Made by a program: the position numbers and the translations under genes | NCBI GenBank assembly: GCA_958009085.1 | Contig: OY253682.1 | Coordinates: forward strand, 248,001 to 312,000 | Source of the DNA: Protoeuglena noctilucae | Lineage: Eukaryota | Direction of reading: 5' to 3' | DNA: 64,000 nucleotides | The notes under the pieces: generated by a model | Databases searched by the model: none | The model's input: the letters and a program-made list of their open reading frames with translations, nothing else | Told to the model about the DNA's origin: nothing | Part shown: positions 36,001 to 51,873 of the stretch, piece after piece | How the letters are laid out: every line of letters begins with the position of its first letter | How positions within the stretch are numbered: position 1 is the stretch's first letter

Positions 36001-37985
36001 CCGCCCCCCAACCCTTGCCCCCCCGCAGGTCTGGCATTCGATCCTCGCCTGGACGCGCTTTACGTGGCCGACACCGAGAACCACGCCCTGCGGCTGGTGC
36101 TACTGTCCTCAGGCACCGTCACCACACTCCTCGGTGATGGCACACAGGGCAGGGATTACCTGGGTGGTGCCGCAGGCAGGGCACAGCGCCTCAATTCCCC
36201 TTGGGAGGTCATCTTGGCCCCCGCGGGACCTGCGGGCGGCGCGGAGGGCGAGGCGCGGGTGTTTGTGGCGATGGCAGGGTCGCACCAGCTGTGGGAGTAT
36301 GAGCCGGGGTCAGGCGTGGGGAGGGTATTTTCTGGGGACGGATACGAGCGGAACAGGAACGGACCCAACGGACCCAACACCTCCTATGCTCAGGTGGGTG
36401 TTGCAGCTGACATCACAAAGTGACTGAGGGTTAGGTCACGCCTGCCGTGGCTCACACCCACTGTCAGAGTCGCACGCACTCATCCCCGCCCCTCTCTGCC
36501 TCGCGCGCAGCCCAGCGGCCTGGCGGTGGTTCCCACCCCGTCATCAAAAGGATTCGAACTCTTTGTGGCGGACAGCGAGAGCAGCTCCGTCCGATCGGTC
36601 AACCCCGGGACGGGCGGGGCGGCACTGAGGGCGGGCGGGGACGCCTTGATGGAGGACAACCTGTTTGATTTCGGGGACAGGGACGGGGTGGGGACCAGGG
36701 CCAAGCTGCAGGCGAGTGCTGGGTGGGGATGGGAGGGAGTGGGCGGGGCGGGGGTTGAGCAGCAAGCGAATGGTGGATGGAGATGGGGTGGAGTGGGTGG
36801 GGCGGGGGTTGAGGTGCAGGCGAGAGCGCAGCAGTTGCAATTGAGCCATGCTTCCACCATGTTGTGCTCCTGACCTTACCACCCATGGCATCCCCATCAC
36901 CCACCAATCGTGCTCTGCCCCATCAATCGTGCTGCACACCAATATAATCGTCCTTTACCCCCTGCGCAGCACCCCCTGGGCGTCTGCGCCCTCCCCGACG
37001 GCCGCGTCGTCGTCGCCGATTCCTACAATCACCGTTTGAAACTCCTCGACCCATCCACCAACGAAGTGCGCACGCTGGCGGGGTCGGGTGCTCCCGGCCT
37101 CCGCGACGGCCGGGGCGCGGACTCTCAGTTCTCAGAGCCAGCAGGGTTTGCCCTCGGAAAGGGGTCCGAGGTGTATGTGGCGGACACGAACAACAACCGT
37201 GTTAGGGTGGTGGATGTCGGGACAGGTGCCGTGCACACGCTGGCGCTTCAGGGCGTGCCTGGGCCGAAGGTGGACCCCGCCAGTGTTGCGGCGATGGAGG
37301 GGCGTGCGGAGGAGGAGGGGGTGCCGGCTGGGGCGGAGGTGGTGGAAGGTGAGGGGTGCTGGATGGTGATGGGGTGGTGAGGGGTGATGGATGGTGAGGG
37401 GTGCAGAGTGGTGCATGGTGAAGGGTAGGTGAGACGCTAGCGGTGCAGGGGTGGTGGGAATTGAGGCGCTGAGCGGCGCAGGACGCAGGTAGATGTGAGG
37501 GGTGTTGGATGGAGCGGCAGGGCCCAGGGTGCTGCCATAGTGACACACAATGCATTAAACACATCTCCCACATCCAGCCCTGCCCACCGTCTGCACCCGC
37601 AGTCCCGGCCGTCGAGTCCGGCAAGGGCACGCTGGCCGTGTCGCTTCGGCTCCCCCTAGGGTACCACCTGACTCAGGGCGCCAACTCGAGCGTACGGGCT
37701 TCAATCCCTGCCGACGTCGCCAACGCCGTTTCGCTGCCCCCCGGGCCCGTGCGATTGTCCGAGGCGAGCGGAGTGGCGCAGGCGACCGTCCCATTCGAGG
37801 CCACCTCGTCAGCGACTGGCGCACCAGTGACGGTGACGGCCGTGGCGACCGTCTACTACTGCAGGGACGGGGGGGCCTGCCTGTTCAAGCAGATCGCGTT
37901 CCGGGTGCCGCTGAGGCCCACGGATGGCCGGGGCCCAGCCTCCGTGCCTCTGCAGTTCAATGTGCCCCAGCCCAACCCCGTCTAG
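33094..37985 (+). CDS. SOQ1: SOQ1-like / NHLRC2-type thioredoxin-like + NHL beta-propeller + C-terminal domain protein, plastid-targeted, with no HAD domain
   Basis: Transit-peptide-like N-terminus; TRRDLLKF + TM + ALSFASPKA; EFPA.ADWLN..PL....[36 protein letters not shown]; NHL repeats (VSDSNNHRI, VADTENHAL, AMAGSHQLW, VADSESSSVR, LQHPLG); C-terminal VYYCRDGGACL. Confidence 0.88.
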
Positions 37986-38238
37986 CGCCCTTAGAGCGGG
38001 ACTGGCGACGAGCGATGCCAGTGCGCTGCTTCTCGCTCAGTTGAAAGCAAAATGAAACTCTTTGCATTATTCAGATGTTGTCTCCGGGGTGAGACTGGGC
38101 TGGCGAAGCCCCCGGCGAGGCGCTCGCAGGGTGGAAACGACATAGCATTTTCGTGCACCCTTCAACTCACTTCCCCGTCACTCCCGTCGAGTTTCCTTTT
38201 TAAGCGCGGAAGCCCGCGATTGTGACGGTGGTTCTGGA

Positions 38239-40460
38239 ATGCATGGGGAGCTCGGCGCGTCGCCGCTGCGATCCTCGCAAGCGGAGGTCGCATCTGTGAC
38301 CGAACTGCGCATTGTGTCGACGCTCCTGTGGGACTACATCAAGCAGAAGCTGCCGCCCGCGGAGCATGACATTGTCAGGAATGCAGGTGAGGCAGCAAGG
38401 CTCTTTGATGGCGACGGGAGCGCGCTCGTTGCTGAGCCGACACATCTCGGGGGCCTGGCGCGGCCAACAGCGAGCCCGCCACTTGCTGACTCCCTCTCAC
38501 GTAATAAATCTCATGAATAGTGCCATTCCGACCTGGTCCAGGATCCGCAAAGTTGTCCTCGAACGCGCGGTCGCCATCTGCCGCACGCGCATCTGTTTTG
38601 GTTCTGCGCATCCACGAGACGACGCTTTGCCCCGGTACTTGTACCTACTTGTTGATTATCGACCACATGTTCCTCTTGTGACTTCCAAACGCCCCCGCTC
38701 TTCCAGGCTCGGGCAGGACGCCTCTTGTTACCTGTGCAGGGGTCCCGCAGCCTCCCCGGACCTGCACGCCGTCCCCTCCTCCCCGCAGTCGGCGAGAGCC
38801 TCGTCTCCGGGAACGAGGCGCTGAAGGCGGAGGCGGACGCGCTGGCCGACATCGTCGCAGACCTGCACCTGCGTTCCCAGGAGCTCAACACACGCAAGCA
38901 GCTCGTGCTGCAGAACCCGGCGCGCTTCCTGGTCGAGAACGAACTCATGACGCTGCTCCGCCGCCTCGGATCCGCCCCAGGCGGGGCCCCGGCCGAGTCT
39001 CGCGCAGCGCGCGCCCTGAGCGTCTCTCTGAGCGGACGCCACGAGGTGCGCGCGGCAGCTCCGCGGCCCTTATGCAGCCCGATGAGCCGAGGTATAACAG
39101 TGCTGCATTTCCCGCATGACGCACCGTTCCTTCCGCGCCCCGCAGTGGGCCCCGCGCCCGCCCACCGCGCCCAGCCGCCCTGGCACGAGCGCCTCGCTTC
39201 GCAGCGACCCGGGCGGCGGCCCCGGTCCCTGCGACAGCGGCCGGCTGTCGTCCGCGGGGGCTTCCGGGCGCCCGCTGCCCTCGCGGACCCTCTCGCGCGG
39301 AGCGGCAGGGGACAGGCTGCGCATGGCGAGCGTGGATGGGGCGGAGCGGGCTGGGGCAGAGGGGGCTGGGGAGAGCGGCGATGCGGCGTCGCCCGACGGC
39401 GGCGGCAAGGGCTTCGCAGCTGGCACGTCGCGCCCTGAGGTGAGACCGGGGCTGTTTGGGGTGGAGGGCAAGGCTCGCTCACCACGCAGCAAGTGTGCGA
39501 CATGCCTCACATCTACCAACCAGGCACCTCTGTGCACTCCGCATCACCCTGCTAGCAACCTCATCGGTCTTTACTCATAGCAGACATCTCTTCCATCATA
39601 TCTGTCAGCCACGCCAATCATCGCATCGCGTCGCCCCCTCCCAGTCCACGCGCCCCTCCACCGCCTCGACTGCCGCCCTGGGCCTGGCAGAGATGGTAAA
39701 GGCACTGGAGGACCGCATCTCCGCCGCGAGCATCGACGAGGTGGCTGCGCGGCTGCGGGACCTTTTCCGTGGAGAGAGGGACGCTTTAAGAGACGACATC
39801 GCGTACCTGACCACGTGCATGGACCGGGCGGTGGATGACGCCGTGGCGGCAGAGGCGCCCGCGCCGAGTCTAGGGGAGCTCCGGGACATCGCGCAGGAGC
39901 TACGGGGGGAGGTGGAGGCGCGGGAGAGGGTGGCGGTGGTGGAGCGGGCGGAGAGCGCGGCGGGGGTAGGGGTGGGGGCGCGTGGCCGGGGGGACGGCGC
40001 GAGGGTGCTGCCCGGGCTGGTGCGGTCGGGAGTGCAGGAGGACGGGGCGGGGAGGAGCGGTGCGGGGGTGGGGGTGGCGGGTGCGGGTCAGGCGGGAGTG
40101 TGGGGTGGTAGTGGGGGTGCGGGTGGGGCGGGGTTGGTGGGGGCGACGGGGGTGTCTGAACGGACCGGGGAGGGGCGGGCGCGAGGTGGGAGCGAGAGCG
40201 AGAGACGTGGGATGGGGACTGAAGCGGTTGGCCCGTCGGGGGTAGCAGGGGTGTCTGGCACGAGGGTGGGGGTGGAGGCGGCAAGTGGGGGCGCGGATGG
40301 CAGGTTGGGGGCTGTGGCGGGTCCCAACAGCGCAGCGGTAGAGGAGAGAGTAAGCGCTGCGTCGGGGGCAGACGCGGAGGCTGCGAGGGTGGGCCGGGGT
40401 TCGCGCGTGAAGGGGCGGTTGCAAGGCGCCGTAGACGCGGCACAGCAACTCGTCACGTGA
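38239..40460 (+). CDS. CCDC24: CCDC24-like coiled-coil protein
   Basis: LWDYIKQKLPPAEHDIVRNA|VGESLV...LKAEADALADI, LVENELMTLLRRL and SIDEVAARLRDLFRGERDALRDDIAYLTTCMD follow the CCDC24 motif pattern. Confidence 0.65.
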
Positions 40461-40640
40461 TCATAACACGTTGCAGTCTTCAGTCTTTTACTTTGAAATC
40501 GTTTAAACCATTCTTGCCCCGCCGTGAGCCCCCTGCTACACGCCCACAGCACAAACCCCCCCGCCATGCCACATGAACGCACGAACTCAGCAGCAGGACA
40601 GCCCAGCATGTAACACCCGCAGCTGCACACATCGCCGCGT

Positions 40641-43842
<3,202 letters not shown>

Positions 43843-44265
43843 TGGTGCCCGGCGCGACCCCGAGAGCGCGGCAGCGCAGCGTGCGAATCCCCCAGCCCGC
43901 AGTCCGCGTCACGACGGTGGATGCGCGGCAGTCAACGCGGCTCTCAGCTTTTCTGCGGATCGGGATCGGCCTCGTGGACATCGGAGACGCCGCCTGCGCC
44001 AGACGGGGGTGTCAAGCACTGGCGCGGCAGCCCTTCCGCCCCCACGTCGAGCTCGCCGCCCCATTCACCGATGCCGCGCACGCGGTCACGCCTCATAGTC
44101 GACGCTGTTCACAGAGACTGTCGTTAGAGCCCAGTTGACCTCAGGCGCGAGCGTGGCCTGCCTTGCGTCCGGCCTTTGCCTGCCGCGCCGCGCAGGTGGT
44201 CTCCCGGCCTGCGCCGAGGTGCTAGACCGATACTTCGTAGCTCGAATGACCTGAGAGAGCCCTCG

Positions 44266-46644
44266 ATGTCTGGGCACGATTTCTATCAGACGCTGGGCGT
44301 GCATCCCACCGCCAGCCAGGAGGACATTAAGACCGCTTTCAAGGCGAGGGCGAGCCCGCGGACCAATCCATGCATGCCATCTCTTTCAGCATCCATATGC
44401 TCAATCGTGGCTTTCCAAAGCGTCGCTTGCGCGCTTGCGTCGCGCCCATCGCGCCTCGGTGCACGAGCGTTGTTTTCTCGGCCTCCGCGGGGCGCGTGCA
44501 GCCTTTTTGCCCACGATGCAGCATGCCTGGAACTTCATCAAATCATAAATTACAATGCACCGCAGGCGCTGGCGCTCAAGCACCATCCGGACCGGCACCC
44601 GAACGCACCAACCAAGGCTGACCCTGCGCGGCGCTTCCAGCTCATCAGCGAGGCCTACGACACCCTGGTGAGGGCGACGCGATGCAGAACGAAGGTAATG
44701 TATGACAGCGGTGACGTCAAACATGCGTTTCGAGGCTCCGGGCCCGCAGTCGAGCGCAGACAAGCGGAGGCAGTACGACAGCAGTCGCCTGGGTGGATGG
44801 GGCGGCGCGCAGGCGAGCCCAGCAAGCTCTGAAGCTGCCGTTGGCTGCTATTCCGTCCTGCTTGCACCCGCCCCGATGTTGCTGTGTCCCTGACCCTCTA
44901 CCCGCGCCAGCCACCCACGCACGCCACGTCTGCTTTTGCGACCTTGCTAGGCCCCTGCCCTTCTCCGCAGAGCGACGCTCACCGACGCGCCTACGGTCGC
45001 CCCAACAACGCGTACAACTACAGCGCGGGTTACGGGAACCCCTACACTCGGTACTCGTCACACCGATGGAATGAGACCGGGGGTTTCTCTGCCGATGGGT
45101 GGGGCGGGGCCAGGAGGGGCGGCTATGGTGGCTACGGGCCCAGGTCGGCGTATGGGGGGTACGGGGCGGGTCCGGGGTTCGCGGGTCCCTTCGCGCGGTG
45201 GCACGAGGGGGCGAGCCGGCAGAATTGGTGAGCGACGGTGGGCGGTGGTGGTGGTGGCACCCAATGACTACTACCATTGTTAATCACTACAAATTACTTC
45301 GCGTGAGAATATTGCTATCGTTCTCGTCGTCGCAGGCCGAGGCTGTTGTTGGCGGGTGCGTTTTTCTGGGTCTGCGTGTTTGGGGGGTGGGGGGCGTCAC
45401 AAGTGGGCGATGGGGGGTGGGGCAAGGAGCCGGAGTATTACCGGCACACAAGGATGCGACATGGGTCGATGGACCATATCACACAGGCGAGTGAGGGGTG
45501 CGATGGGGGCTTGCGGTCAGGGCTGGGAGAGAGTGGGGCACGGTGACGGGCTGGGATGGACGCTGCGTGTCGTGGTTGTGGAGTGAGGGTGCCTGGTTTA
45601 CACCCAATGGCTTGTTGTCGGCCTTGCATGGCTTAGAGCGCGTTTGTGCAAACGATCGTCACGCATCTCCCGCAGCCGACGCTGAACCGCGGCGGTGGCA
45701 CCTTTTACTCAGCGGAGGACGCCAAGCTCGCGGCCAGCGACCCGGAGCTGAGGGCGGCGGCACTGCGGGGGTCGGCGGCCTTCCACGACGCGCTGCGGTG
45801 AGGCATGGGGTGGCTGGGGGGGTGGCATGGGGGTTGAGGTGATGGGGGCGAGGGAGGTGTGGGAGCAAAGCACGGTAGCATGCCAGGGCATCTGACACCC
45901 TCACTCGTGATATCCATGAATGCAAGATAAGCACTAGTATCCTTTCATTTTTCACGCAGCAAGCGCCGCGCCCAGGAAGCGGAGAGGGCGGCGTCGCGAG
46001 TGGCGGAGGCAGTGGAGGGGGCGGGCGGGGCGTGGCCATCCAAAACTGGCGCGGCTACAAGGGGCTTAGTGAGAGGGGGTGCGGGTGCGGCGAGCGGAGC
46101 AACGGGGAGCGTGACTGGCGGTGATCGCGGGGCGGAGGCGGGGGCGGGGCGCAGAGACGGGCGGCAGGCGGTGGGCGGTGCGGGTAGGAGTGGGAGTGGG
46201 AGTGGGGGTGTTAGCCCGGAGTTTTCTGGCGGGGCTCAGTCAGGGAGCGAGAGGGCAGGGGCAGCGTCTCGTGATGTGGCGGGGCGGGGTGGCGGGGCTG
46301 GGGAGGGTGCTGGTGGGAGGGCGGGGGCGGGGGCAGAGGTGTCGATGGTTGGGGGGGTGACGTCGAGTGGGTCTGGGGAGTTGGAGGGACGGGGGGGACG
46401 CGAGTATAATTACGGGCTGTTAAGGCGAGTCGGGACGCTTGCAGTTGTGATCTTGGAAGTAACACATTGCTCTGCTTCTCCAACTGTCCTCAATCTCCAT
46501 TCCCATCCCCGCAGTCCCGGCCAGCGTTTAGCGCACCCGCACCTGGGCAACCCCCACGGCAGCGGTCCCTGGGGAGCGGGGTCAGACGACGCTGCTCAAG
46601 GTAAGAGGCCTCACGAGCACCTTGTTTGGCATTCTGGCAGATAG
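44266..46644 (+). CDS. DnaJ (J-domain) protein with Gly/Tyr-rich linker
   Basis: DFYQTLGVHPTASQEDIKTAFK|ALALKHHPD...RFQLISEAYDTL|SSADKRRQYD; HPD motif intact. The 3' end is approximate. Confidence 0.9.
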
Positions 46645-47120
46645 CAGTGAACAGTAAGTACTGATGTCAAGGATACTTACCGCAGATTTCAGTACTTCTT
46701 ACTGATATCTTGTTTCGACATCAATACATCTGGCCATTTGTGGTGGCACGCAGATCGGGGCTGCACCCCCCGCCGTGTGGTGTTTGGGGCATTCCCCTCG
46801 GAGCCCCTGCGGCGCCGGGTGTATCTGGCGAGCAAGCCCAAGCATTGGCCGAACCGGGCGACCAAGCGGGGCAGGCGGGGCGAGGCGGGGGAGGGGGCCA
46901 AGGGGGCGTGAGGGGGGCGGGGGTGTTTGGGAGTTGGGTTTGCGAACGAACAAGATGTTTTGTTGCACAGTGACACTGTGCTCGGCTATCGTCGATGAAA
47001 GAGCGGACGAATGTCGATTCAAAGAGAGGACTAGTACAAGGCGGCTCGTGGCGCTTACTCGGCACCACCCTCACTGTGACTTCATGGTCACTAGCGCGTT
47101 ACTCAATGCCATCGTCACTC

Positions 47121-48966
47121 TCACTGTCCCTTGGACTGTATGGTCACCAGCCTCTCCAGCGCGTCCGCGAGGGGCGCGGGCCACCGCCTGGTGCGCCGCA
47201 CCCACGCCAGGTCACGGTATCTGGGGTCATCCACGCGCAACCACTGCCCCTCTGCCTCCGCCTCCAGCCCCGCGTCCCACAGCGTCGCGGCCAGGGCGGC
47301 GCGCATGTCTGAGAGGGGGGGGACGGTTGGTGGGGGGTTACGAGTCGTGCAGGGGAGCGCGGTGTGCGAAGAGTGTTGGGAGCACAGTAGAGCGCAGTGC
47401 ATTGGTTGCCCGATCCATCATCGCATGAGTAGCAGAGCTAATTAACCCCGCAGCTACGTATGTCCACCTCCAGCACCTGTACCCATCCCCACCATCCATC
47501 CCTCCACCTCTCTCATGACACCCCCATTCCCACCATGTCCCCTCCTCTCACCTGCGAAGTCCGGGTACCTCCGCAGCAGCCCCCGCATCTCCCGCGCCGC
47601 CCGGTCGCGCTCCCCCGACGCAAACAGCGCCAGCGCCCGGTTGGCAGCCGCAAAAGAGAACTCCGGCGCAAGGCTCACGGCGCGCGAATAGGAATCGAAT
47701 GCGGCCTGGTAGTCTCCCGCGGCCATGTCGACGTTGCCGAGGTTGTTCCACGCTGCGGGGTCCGTGGGGGCGGCGGACAGGACGGCCTGGTAGTCTCTGG
47801 GGGTTGAGGGAGAGGGTGATGGGGGTGAGGGTGAGGGTTGAGTGATGGGGTGAGGGAGGAGGGGTGAGGGTGAGGGGTGAGAAGCAGTGTGCGGAAGTGG
47901 CGAGTCGGGCGATGTATGGCAATGCTAATGGAGCCTCCCAGTCAGTCTCAATCACTGCCCATCACCACGCACCTCCTCGCCTCCTGTAGTCTCCCGATCT
48001 GCTCCAGCGCCACGCCCCGGTTCAACACGGGGTCCACCGACCAAGGGCAGAGGGCGATGCTGGCGTTGTAGTCGGCCAGTGCCTCCGCGATGCGGCCCTG
48101 CCGAGCGCGGGCGTTGCCTCTGAGGGCGACAAGCGATGGGGGTTGAGGGTTCGAGAGGGGAGGAAGCAGTGAAAGTGAGGAGACCAGGGGCGGCTTTGGC
48201 AAGGGAGAAAGGGGAGGGCCGCTGCTGACTGCCAGACGCTTCTCCTTCCACCCCCTGTGATGTCATCCCCACCTGTTGCCCAGTGCCCTACCGACCAAGT
48301 CGTCCCTCCACACCGCGTCTTGCTTCTCGTACTTGGCGACGATGGCCGTCCACCGGCGCTCCTCCTCCTCGACGCTAGGGGCACCCAGCGCCGACTCCAC
48401 TGCCAGAGCGGCGTCTCTGCGATCATTGGGCGGAGATACAGCGCAGTTGCGGGCATACGCTGTTGATGCTGCGCAGACAGGGCAGGCGCAGTCCCCGCGA
48501 TGCGCAGGAGGCAGCGCAGCGTAAATGAAAGTGACTCACCGCAGGGCGGGGTCAGCGGGGTCGTAGGAGGAGCGGTCGGGCGACAGGTCGAGGCGGACGG
48601 TGGCAGGCGGGCACGGCACGGCCAGGGCCGCACGCTCCCCCGCGCTCAGGGCGGCGGGGTCAGCCGGGCCGTCTCGCACGGGATTGCAGGACGCGGGAGC
48701 GAGCTCGGACGCGGCCATCACCGAGGCGCGCGCGGGCGGCGGGGGCGAACAGACCGTGGCAAGCACGGCGGACGCGAGACCGGCCAGCGCGGCGCGCCGG
48801 TGGACGGCGGGGAGCGCGCGATCGCATGTCCGCACACGCGGGTCATGGCGGAAGCAGGGGACGCCCGCGCAGCGTCGCAGCTGCGGTTCCCGAAGTGCCT
48901 GGTCCCCGGCGGACGTGCCCGGCTCCGCAGCGTTGCGATCCGCCGCGGGGTCCCGGCGATCTCCAT
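47121..48966 (-). CDS. Plastid TPR-repeat protein of cyanobacterial type with a twin-arginine thylakoid signal
   Basis: HRRAALAGLASAVLA...PARA (RR, hydrophobic core, AxA); TPRs RGNARARQGRIAEALADYN, LNRGVALEQ, WNNLGN and ANRALAL; C-terminal RRYPDFADMRAALAA.LW...DPRYRD..WVR..RRWP. Both ends are approximate. Confidence 0.85.
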
Positions 48967-49726
48967 GGCCTTCACTTGAGGGAGTCGAGATCGAGATCTC
49001 CCCACTTGTCCGTCTCCTCCTCGGGCTTCCCCTGGGCGCCCTGGGCAGCGTCACCTGCAGGACGCCGCGACAAAGACCCCGCGTGTCATCTCCAGGCCAC
49101 ATCTTGCATCAACGATGCTATGAAGTGCCATCGCGTGCTGCATCCCCTCCTATCCCTCGCCGGAGAGGTCGCTGGGCAGGGGAACGTCCTCATCGGGGAG
49201 CGGCTCGTCCTCCCAAGGCTCGTCGCCAATCACGTCCACGAGCTCTGGAGCACGAATCAAATAGCTGGGCAAGGACTGAGACATCCGGGGCTCTCCTCAA
49301 AGGGCAGTGCACAACTCTCAGAAGACCGTGCATGCGCAATGAGACGGAGAGCACATGCCCGTATGTCAGAGGCAGCTTCCTGCATTTGACACCACATCCC
49401 ATCCACTGCCTGGCAAAAGCTCGTCGCCGTGGCGCCAGTGTCATGGTCTGACATTTCATGACCTAAAAGGCCCCGCAAACTCTCATTAAATCCTCATCCA
49501 GGCCCGCAGTAGCGACCGTAAGTGCGAAATACGCTGGCCTGTGCGCACACTTAGTCCCCTACGTCTCGCGGCAAGTCCCCACACCTCGTTCCCTCCACTT
49601 CGCGCATTTGAACGTTCCGCGCAAGCGGGACGCTCGTTCCTGTGCACGAAGGGCGCGCGGGGTGCGGAGTACCGAGGAGACGGCTCGCACATCGTGCGTG
49701 GTAGCCCCTGGGGTCGGCGGGTGGGG

Positions 49727-51558
49727 ATGAGTGTGTCGAACAGCCTGGTGCTGGAGGGGGAGGGCGGTGAGCCGCTCGCAGCTGCGGGGCGAAATGCACG
49801 GGGCTGAGAGTCGGTCATCATCTTTGCAACCCGTCAGTTGTGCCCATCCGCTCAATCCCTCCCTCCGCGCGGAGCCTCCACGCCGCTTCCCGCCATGCAG
49901 AGAACAGCCCGGTCGCGCGGGACAGCCCCGATTCGGGGTCGCTGGGCAGCGTGTATGTTCCGGAAGAGGTGCAGATCGAGTATACGGAGCACGCGCCCCG
50001 TGGCCAGGCGAGGTTTCGGCGAAGCGGAGGGGTTGATGTCGCAGAGATGCGCACGCGCCCACCGCTGCTCGCGACCCCGCCGCAGATCCGCCCGGGCGTC
50101 AGCGACGAGCAGTCGCTCGCGTCGCTGTCATCGCTGCTCGATGCGCAGGTCGGGACGCTGCGCCATGAGCTGATGGCCTGCATGCTGGAGCAGAGGGCAG
50201 GCATCATGCGGGCGGGGGAGGCGGCCGCGGAAGGGGAGCGCCGGCATGGCATGAAGCGGCTGGCGCTCAAGCAGCGGGAGGTGGACGATCTCCAGGCGCA
50301 GCTGTCGTCGGCGAGGAAGCGAGGTGAGGAGCCACGGCATGGCTGGCGTCACTCCATCCGCATGCGGTGCACCAGGTGCCACACGAGATTGGTCGCTGCA
50401 CCGAGCGTGTACCCGTGACGATGGCGCGTGCTGACGCACGCAGGGCTGCGCTTGGAGGAGCAAGTGGAGAACACGGCCAACCGGTGCGGGCGTCTGAAGA
50501 AGGCGGTGGACGACCGCATGCAGCTGATGCATCTGTGGAACATCTGGAAGGCCTACGTGGCGCGCAACAAGCAGCTGCGCAACCTGGTGCGCATCGCCGT
50601 CGACAAGTTCCAGAACACGGGGGTGGTCAAGCGGGTCATGCGCGAGTGGCACGTGCTCACGCTGCGGGCCAAGATGGACGCCCTGCGGCGCGAGTTCGAG
50701 ACGAGGCTTGCGCACGCCACGGGTGCGTGCGGGGCCAAGGCTGCTGCTCTGCCCTGGGGGCTGCAACTTGTTTGGCCGGGCGCAAAGGCTCACGCAGGTC
50801 TCTGCTTCCTCCCAGCTTCATGTCCTGCATCCTGAAGCTCCATGTTCACTTACAAATGCATTGTAAAAGGGTTCGATCCCTCTCGCCTCCGCAGAGGACT
50901 ACCGTCGGGAGGCGGAGGCCCGGGAGCAGCAGCACCAGCGCCTGCTGGGGGAGGTGAAGGAGGCGCTGGCGCACGAGAGGGAACTGCGCGTGCGGCTGGA
51001 GGAGGACATGCGGCAGGCGTTCATGCGCGGAGGTGAGGAGCAGCCCTGCCCTGTTAATGTTCACGCGAGGGGTGGTGTCGGACCCCGCGGTTGCTACGGG
51101 CCGGATGAGGCGACCGACGTGCCGTGCTGCTTCCGCCTGCTTTCGCAGTGTGCGCCCTCAACATGGAGGCGATCAACGTCTTCAAGCAGGGCGTGCCGCA
51201 CCCGCTGTTCAACCCCAACATGCCGCCGGTGCCGCCCGCGGCCATGGAGCGCGGGGTCGCCGGCATGCACCCGGAGGCGGAGGGCCCTCTGCCGGGCATG
51301 GAGGAGGTTGCTCGGCGGATCCAGGTGATTTCAGCGATCGATTTTGGACAGATTTTGGATTTTTGCAAATTGGTTGGCGGCCTGGGACAGCAACAAACAA
51401 GCCTCTTCCGCTCGCTGCGGTGCCCGCAGAACGCGCTGGACAACGCCTCCACGCGATCATTCTACCAGGCACTGCAGCAGTCGCACCCAGGGCTCGGGAC
51501 GACCGCAGCGCCCCTGCCGCGGCCAGCAGCAGACGTGGCACCCCACCCGCAGGCCTGA
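49727..51558 (+). CDS. POC5: Centriolar protein POC5
   Basis: Sfi1-like W-containing segments (LWNIWKAY, VMREW), coiled coil, and the POC5 signature EEDMRQAFMRG|VCALNMEA. Confidence 0.85.
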
Positions 51559-51873
51559 TAGCCTCCGTGCGTTTGCTTGATAGCGACGAATCAGCGGCGA
51601 TCGATTGGGAGCCCTGTGGCACCGCGCATGTCGAAGGGGCCAAGTTTTGCCAGAGCCCCAGGCGTGTCATTGGAGGGACCAGCTTTGCTGTCCGGGCCCG
51701 AGGTGGGCAGCCTGGGCCAAAATGGTGTTTCAATGCAAAGGAAGGAACATAATAAGTATGCCGGAGGAACAGTAGGAACGCTTAGAGAGCAGCCGGACGG
51801 ACATCTGCGCCAATTTGCGCGCGCAAAGGTTGTGTCCTGCACGCAAGCCTTCCAATCATATCATCGAGCCGCC

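Noticed and set aside
46672..46690. ATACTTACC resembling the U1 snRNA 5' end
   Set aside because: No U1 stem-loops or Sm site follow; it is equally the reverse complement of a generic 5' splice-site motif.
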